DNA from: Anthoceros angustus
Taxonomy: Eukaryota > Plantae > Anthocerotophyta
Length of the DNA stretch: 14,625 bases
Reading direction: 5' to 3'
Assembly: GCA_010909165.1 (NCBI GenBank)
Contig: VJWM01000412.1
Span: 1 to 14,625 of the forward strand
Positions 8,903 through 14,625 of this stretch are shown here, piece after piece. The notes beneath the pieces were generated by a model. That model saw only the letters and a list, made by a program, of their open reading frames with translations. It had not been told where the DNA came from and did not search any database. A program made the translations under genes and the position numbers. Every line of letters begins with the position of its first letter. Position 1 is the stretch's first letter.

Positions 8903-9156
8903 TGATGAAATAGGTCTAGCTTAGGGCACTATTCATTAGGGCCTCATTACTTAAACATTAATTTAGAGCTAGGGCTTTAGGTAGTTAGTTGTTACAACAA
9001 CTTATAGTTGCAACAACTTATGGTTGCAACTTCTATGGTTACAACAACATATTGTTGTAACCACCAACCACCAGCCTATTTAAAGGCTTGTACTTTACTC
9101 ATTAATCAATTCATTCCATTGTTTCTCTTCTATCTAAGAGCTATTGATTCTCATCA
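8903..9156 (+). repeat. Copia 3' LTR (254 bp)
   Basis: TGATGA..TCATCA. Differs from the 5' LTR almost only by small indels in the central repeat array. Confidence 0.97.
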
Positions 9157-9161
9157 AGACT
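9157..9161 (+). repeat. Right target-site duplication AGACT
   Basis: Matches 1635-1639. Confidence 0.95.
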
Positions 9162-10157
9162 CCACGGAGGTGTTATCTCATGTCAAACTCATAGCGGCCC
9201 AAGGAAGAACTTTCTTGGTGGAGGCCGACCCAGGCGTTGTGCCGTAAGGGCTCAGCATCCAGCCCGAGGTTAGAATAGGAGGAAGAGGATGAGAAGATGA
9301 GTAGAGGATTAGAAGTGTAGACGTTAGTGGAAGGCCACAGTGAGCCTAAGGGACGAATCCCAAATGCAAGTAAAAGGCGCTCCCACAGGTGGAAGAGTGG
9401 TCTTAGGCGGGGATGCGGTGTGGATCGGGGGTCACAGGCGCTGCGATAGGCTCCCTGCTAAGCGGGACACAATTGTGTTGTGTCGTTGTAGGTCGAGGAT
9501 TGGTGATTTTGGAGCGATGCAAGTGGTGCGTTGTAGAGGAGAGTAGAGGCGCCTTGCTTGTTTAGAAGGTGAGAGTTGTGTCTGCGGATAGCGATCGGTT
9601 GTCACAGACCTCGAACTTTCACACAAGTCTCATGGGACGAAACCCAACGTCTGAGCGATAGTGGGATAAGTGTGGCCGCTAGAGGGAGAATCTCGGGCGG
9701 GGTTAGAATAGGAGGAAGAGGATGAGAAGATGAGTAGAGGATTAGAAGTGTAGGCGTTAGTGGAAGGCCACAGGCGAGCCTAAGGCGAATCCCAAATGCA
9801 AGTAAAAGGCGCTCCACAGGTGGAAGAGTGGTCTTAAGTAGGGACGTGCGGTGTGGATCGGGGGTCCCCACAGGCGCCTGCGATAGGCTCCCTCTAAGGC
9901 GGGACACCTGGTGTGTTGTGTCGTTGTAGGTCGAGATTGGTGATTTTGGAGCGGTGCAAGTGGTATTTGTAAGAGGAGAGTAGAGCGCCTTGCTTGTTTA
10001 GAAGGTGAGGTTGTGTCTGCGGTGGCGATCGGTTGTCCAGACCTCGAACTTTCACACAAGTCTCATGGGACGAAACCCAACGTACGAAGCGATAGTGGGA
10101 TAAGTGTGGCCGCTAGAGTGGGAGAATCTCGGAAGCCGCGGGGTTTTCCCTACCACA
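9162..10157 (+). mobile_element. Right part (R/U5) of the gypsy-like 5' LTR
   Basis: 9162-9368 is homologous (inverted) to 12510-12755. Ends CCCTACCACA, followed by a TTTT spacer and a PBS. Confidence 0.85.
9268..10141 (+). repeat. Direct tandem duplication, ~433-441 bp x2 (9268-9700 and 9701-10141)
   Basis: Both copies start GGTTAGAATAGGAGGAAGAGG and end ..GGGAGAATCTCGG..GCGG. GGTT microhomology at the junctions. Confidence 0.95.
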
Positions 10158-10161
10158 TTTT

Positions 10162-10180
10162 TGGCTCCGTTGCCGGGGAT
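10162..10180 (+). other. Primer binding site of Athila type (tRNA-Asp-like, possibly tRNA-Glu)
   Basis: TGGCTCCGTTGCCGGGGAT is one mismatch from the Athila consensus TGGCGCCGTTGCCGGGGA. It lies 4 nt after the LTR-terminal CA. Confidence 0.85.
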
Positions 10181-10384
10181 TTGTTGTTGAAAGTTTGAAG
10201 CTTTGTGGTTTCCATCGCTAGGCTGCAGAATGTTTTTCAAAGGGACTGAGGGTCGACCATATGTTGTAAAGGAGGAGATCCACGCCGTCTAAATTGTCAC
10301 AGGGGTGAATGGCTGAGGCACTAAAGGGTGTGGGTTGCTTCCTGCTTAACAACTGTGGGTTGGAGGATATGAGGAGGCTTGCAG

Positions 10385-12429
10385 ATGTGTGGTAGGGGAC
10401 GATTTCGAGGAGAGGAACACGGGAGATCATCCCCGCCCGCTACTGCAAGAGATTTGCGCGCTTCACGGAGGAATCGTCTGAGAGAAGAGATTGCTGCTGC
10501 CGTCCCTCGTCGACAACAGGAGGAAGACGCGCTGCGGGCAATCGAAGAGGAGGCCGGCTACGCGCGGCCAGCGGAGGAAAGAGCGGCGGAGAGCGGGAGG
10601 CGAAGGTAGGAGGGAGCTTCGCGGAGTGGAAGGAGGTTGTGGAGGAAGTGTTCGTGTCGAAGAAAGAAGAGGAGACATCCTCTCCCGAGCGCGACCCACA
10701 CTTTGCGATCGTCGCGGAGTTTCCACGCCGCTGGACCTTGCGAGACGGCGATTCCACATCCTCCGGCCAGCGACGGCAGTCGTGGATGGAAGTTCGGGCT
10801 GGTCGGAGGACTTGGCTGAACGCCTCGATCGCATCACTGCTTAGCTCGATCTTTTGGGACGGACCACAGGGGAGGTTGCTACTCCTCTGGCGGTTCAGGA
10901 TTTCAGCACCCAAAGATCCCGAACGGTTCTCTGGTCCACCGAGGGAAGAAGAAGCATAGGGGTAGCGGGAACGATCGAAACGAGCAACATGAGTGGAGCG
11001 GGGGGAGGGCATACGCTCCACGGTCAGCGATCGTCAAATTCGGCGAGAAAAAGAAGGGAGACGACGCGGAGGCATTCGTGAGAACTTTTGAGCACGTCTC
11101 CCACGCTAATTTGAAGGATGGAGTCGCCATTGCGCATCTTTCGGGACTGCGAGACACGCTGCGGTGGTATGGCGCACCTACAATGCGGTGGCGCCAGCGG
11201 TTGGGAAGCCCTCAAAGCGGCCTTCTTGAATCGGTTAGGTCTCGATTATGCACACCATACTTTGGCAAGGACCCTTAAGGAAGAAGCGAGAATCTCATTC
11301 GATTATGTGGAAAGGTTTTACGGGTATCTAGACGAGTTCGAAATGTGCAGAGGTGGGATCCACCCACCTCTAGGTACTCACAAACAAGCGCTAGATTGGT
11401 TCGTGGTGGCTTGTCTCGGAAAATGGAGGTACACTGCTGGGACGAGGCAGGAGCCCTCCGATTGGCTGAGGAATGGGAATCCGCCGAGTTAGGGAGGAGG
11501 AGGAAGAAGAGGCGAAGTCATAAGAAGAGGAAAGGGTCGAGGAGGTCGAGCTCCTCGTCTTCCTCTGCCTCCTCCAGCTCGTCGCCCTCATCCTCATCAG
11601 ACAATGAGGACAGCGGAACTCAAGAAAGTTCCACATCGGATGAAGAATCAGAGAAGGCCTACGAACGACGAATGAAGAAGGACCTGGAAAAGGTCAAAAG
11701 AAGGCAGGAAGAGGCGGAACGCGCGCTGGAGAAGGAGCGGAAAGGAAAGACGGTCCGTCGGATGGAGAAGGGAGAAACGTCCACAGCAGGAGGTGGAATT
11801 GCGGGCCAAGTGGAGGCTTTGACCAAGAGATTGACCAAATTAGAGGTCAAAGCTGTGAAAAATCAAGCTCCGCGGAGATCTCCCTCACCGGCGAGACAGT
11901 TGGCGTACTGCTCAATTTGTCATCAAACGGGGCATACCAACAGGGAATGTATTCGCGCACCACGACATGCGGTAAATCATGTGGATACCGTCATGCCAGG
12001 GGATTATTGGTATGTGGATGAAGCTTACCAGGTGCAAGCGGTCACTGGAAGTCGGCCACCTCAATCAATGAGGGCGACTTACCAACCTGCTACACCAGTT
12101 CCCTCGAGGTATGGATCGCGATCGACATCGCCAGGACCATGGAGACCGGATTCATCACAGAGGCCGATGGCGATTCCACAAGGATGCTGCTATAATTGCG
12201 GAGCACCAGGTCACTACTCAAACGAATGCCCAGAACCACGCAGCAAGTGGGTTATGTCCCTTTGTCAAGTCGCAAGGAATTGGGACATAAGATGGGGATC
12301 CGGTGCTCGGTGTGGCCTTGATAACACCGGCCGACGGTCGGGGTTCTGAGCCGGTGGTAGAGAGGCGACCCAACCGAGACGGCTGGATTCGTCGAAATCG
12401 TACTGCCCACCTTCAACACCGGCGTCGTG
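10385..12429 (+). pseudogene. Ty3/gypsy-like gag (capsid-like region, Ser-rich tract, coiled coil, CCHC knuckles), frameshifted and interrupted
   Basis: Peptides MCGRGRFRGEEH.., DDAEAFVRTFE, WEALKAAFLNR and SSSSSSASSSSS. Knuckles CSICHQTGHTNREC (11909-11950) and CYNCGAPGHYSNEC (12188-12229). Located downstream of the PBS. No pol is visible in the window, so the lineage is inferred from the PBS and long LTR. Confidence 0.85.
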
Positions 12430-14510
12430 GTCACGGTAGGGACCCCCTCTGGCCAAACTTCTCCACCCGTGATTTTGAGACCTTAGCCCGGCTTCCGGTC
12501 TCGGTTTGGTGCATTTGGGACCCTCCCTTAGGCTCGACTTGGGCCTTCTTCTTACTCCTAATCTCTACCTACTCCTCTACTCAACATTCAGCCACATTCT
12601 CCTCAACATACCTCAACTCAACTCCTCATCCTCCTAATCTAACCTTACTTCAAGCTCAGCCCTAGCTCGCCCTTACAGCTGGGCACAGTGCGCCTACAAG
12701 CCAACAAGTTCTTCCTTGGGCGGTTGCTATGAGTTTGCACAGACGAGAACCTCCGAGTCTTTCCTGTAGTCTACCCTCAAGCCGAGTTCCTTGGGCATCG
12801 CCACACACCCAAAGCAAAGCAATTTCGGCAACCATTCACAAGGAGCAACTGCGGGCGCCCGCAGCGAGCTCTCCGCCAAGCACTCCGACCACGCAAACTC
12901 CTCTCTACCGGACCTTTGCGTTAGCTTGCGGTACGAAATTCCTTCACAAGGAGCAAAGGACTCGCGGTTTGGGGCGCAAGACCGATTTTTACTTCACAAG
13001 CTCCCTCCTTTTGTAGGGAGGTCCTCACATCACCTCCCACAGCGCGCCCTCCACCGCCTCACTCCTTATTTTAGTGTATCCTACCGGACTTTAAGTTCGA
13101 CATCCAAGCATCTTGGGTGAAATTCTATTCTAGCAAATTCACCTATGTGAGCCTTAATGGCTCTGTCAACATTCCTATCTAGCTAGTCAACACACCCTCG
13201 GGTTGACAAGCATTAATACTGTCCTCCTCTAAAGAAAAGTCTCCCCAAGCAATGAGCCCACGCTCCAAGCTACCACCACCCTCTTCAATTACCTCTAGAT
13301 GCCGTCGCACCGCTGGTGATCCTACGGATGTAGGGCCACCCTCTACACCTCCTACGTGGTCACTTCTTATGGCCCTACCGCCTCCACGCTCTCCACAAGA
13401 AGGTCTCCCGTGGCGGATCTTGCTCCATGCCTTCCTCTTCCTCCTCGAGTCATCCTCTCGGCCTTCCATATACAGCCGGATGTGTTGGGCTCTTCCTTGC
13501 TCCTAGCAACCAACTTGCCCTTCTTAGGTGCAGGCGCTTTCACCATCTTGTACCTTCAAAATAAGCGCACAAACAAGACAAGCTTGGCACGCCCACATGC
13601 TCGTTTCCACCTAGTTGTCACCTCGGTGCCTACACACAATTGTGAGATTTCTTCACTCGCCACAAGATCCACCAAGAGAGCAACTTCAGCCCTTTTCCAC
13701 TTACTTCCTCTTCACTCCACGGTCCCACCTAGCTCAAACTTGATGTCCTCACAACATACACCTCCTTACCTTCAAATCCCTCACTTGCAAGGTCCTAGGC
13801 ACACACAAAATTCAGCGCCCTTGCCCTCTTCACGGTGCTTCAAATCCCTTCACACACAACTCCTTATGCACACCTCCTTCTCCTTGCACACACACGGCGT
13901 TCCCACCAAGTCCTTGCTCTAGCTTTCCGTGCATGCACAAGCTCTTCCTCGCGATTCCTCGACTTCCTAGGTGCCACTCCCTACACACTTGCATGGCCAC
14001 ACCCTACACTACCTACCCCACATATTTATGTGCTATTATTCCTAATATATCCTATTTATCCACAACCTTGCCTATACCCTCTTTAGCAACTTCCTAGGTT
14101 TGTACACCTTATCTATTGCTTCCCAAGTATCAAGTAAGCTTTCCAAGTATCCAAGTAGGGTTGCTTCCCGTATCCTTCCAAGTATCCAAGTAGGGTGTGC
14201 ACCCACTTGTGGAGACCTCACCCTCCTACGGTGGGAGACACTCTCATCTACCTATCTACCTACCTAACTAATGCGTAGGGAGTCCCTACCCTACATCCTA
14301 CCCATGTAGGGCCACCACGTCACCTACCTACGCATCTCATCCCTACTTGTTCCTCTTCCCTACTTGTTCCCTACCCGGTGGGGTACGCCCTGGACATGCG
14401 TGGACACGCACGCCCTACCCATCCCTCATATCCTACCCATGACATACATGGGGTGCCCCACCTATGTAGGGTCCCTACCCTACGTACCCTCTTGCACCCC
14501 TACTACCTCA
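12430..14510 (-). mobile_element. ~2.1-kb LTR (probably solo) of a related family inserted antisense into the gag
   Basis: Inverted homology to the left LTR core (12510-13180). Left end GGTAGGGACCCC mirrors GGGGTTTTCCCTACC and the right end is ..CTACCTCA. Coding-like sequence resumes at 14511. Flanks TCGTG/TCGTT are only an imperfect TSD and the left TG/CA end is not clean. Confidence 0.75.
14120..14505. repeat. Short repeats in the U3 of the antisense LTR
   Basis: TTCCAAGTATCCAAGTAGGGT at 14141-14161 and 14176-14196. CCCTACTTGTTCC twice (14341 and 14358). Many CCCTAC/GTAGGG motifs. Confidence 0.8.
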
Positions 14511-14625
14511 TCGTTGCGGCGCCTCCGAGACAGATAAGCCGGCGAAGCAGACGTCGCTGGACGGACTGAAGAAGGAACTGGAGGCGCTGGAAGGCAGGCC
14601 CGCAACGCTCGCGACCGCGCTCGTC
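14511..14625 (+). pseudogene. Probable continuation of the gypsy-like gag(-pol) after the LTR insertion
   Basis: Abrupt compositional switch to GC-rich coding-like sequence. One frame reads PAKQTSLDGLKKELEALEGRPATLATALV. Confidence 0.55.

Larger units (their letters stand above)
1640..9156 (+). mobile_element. Full-length Ty1/copia LTR retrotransposon (~7.5 kb) with extended gag 5' region and extra 3' region
   Basis: Paired LTRs, 5-bp TSD, PBS and PPT. Domain order gag-PR-IN-RT-RNaseH is diagnostic of copia. Confidence 0.97.

Noticed and set aside
9482-9491. GTCGTTGTAG matching the 5' end of plant tRNA-Asp (also in the second repeat copy)
   Set aside because: Only 10 nt, with no cloverleaf or B box following.
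1210-13180. DIRS-like element or TIR DNA transposon suggested by long inverted repeats around a gag
   Set aside because: The left arm ends in CA plus a tRNA PBS like an ordinary LTR, the arms are diverged, the right arm interrupts gag, and no tyrosine recombinase or transposase is visible.
12729-14086. ORFs of 80-190 aa in the antisense LTR, and minus-strand ORFs over 10440-11850
   Set aside because: Low-complexity products of C/T-skewed LTR sequence or shadows of GC-rich gag, with no recognisable domains.

Overview
Eukaryotic (plant-like) nest of LTR retrotransposons, with no conventional host gene. (1) A structurally complete Ty1/copia element spans 1640-9156 (+). It has ~250-bp TGATGA..TCATCA LTRs, an AGACT target-site duplication, an iMet-type PBS, a PPT, and a frameshift-riddled gag-PR-IN-RT-RH. 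(2) It sits inside the 5' LTR (~436-10157) of an Athila/Tat-type Ty3/gypsy-like element with an Asp/Glu-type PBS and a gag carrying 2-3 CCHC knuckles. (3) That gag is interrupted by an opposite-orientation ~2.1-kb LTR of a related family (~12430-14510), and a third related LTR end occupies 1-325. The most notable item is the ~1.9-kb region between copia pol and the 3' LTR. It holds an antisense gene model with five short GT-AG introns (72-85 nt), ending 15 bp from the pol stop. Its exons show an NF-YA-A1-like segment (PVYVRAAQVEHMLHRR) and an AP2/ERF-like segment (YVCEKRDK..MMWLGAYPCEE), while the element's own LTR has a 16-bp CAACA/GTTGCAAC array next to the TATA box. This may be a retrotransposon carrying its own transcription-factor-like accessory gene (hypothesis). 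Pervasive small deletions suggest an unpolished long-read sequence, so all protein reconstructions are provisional.
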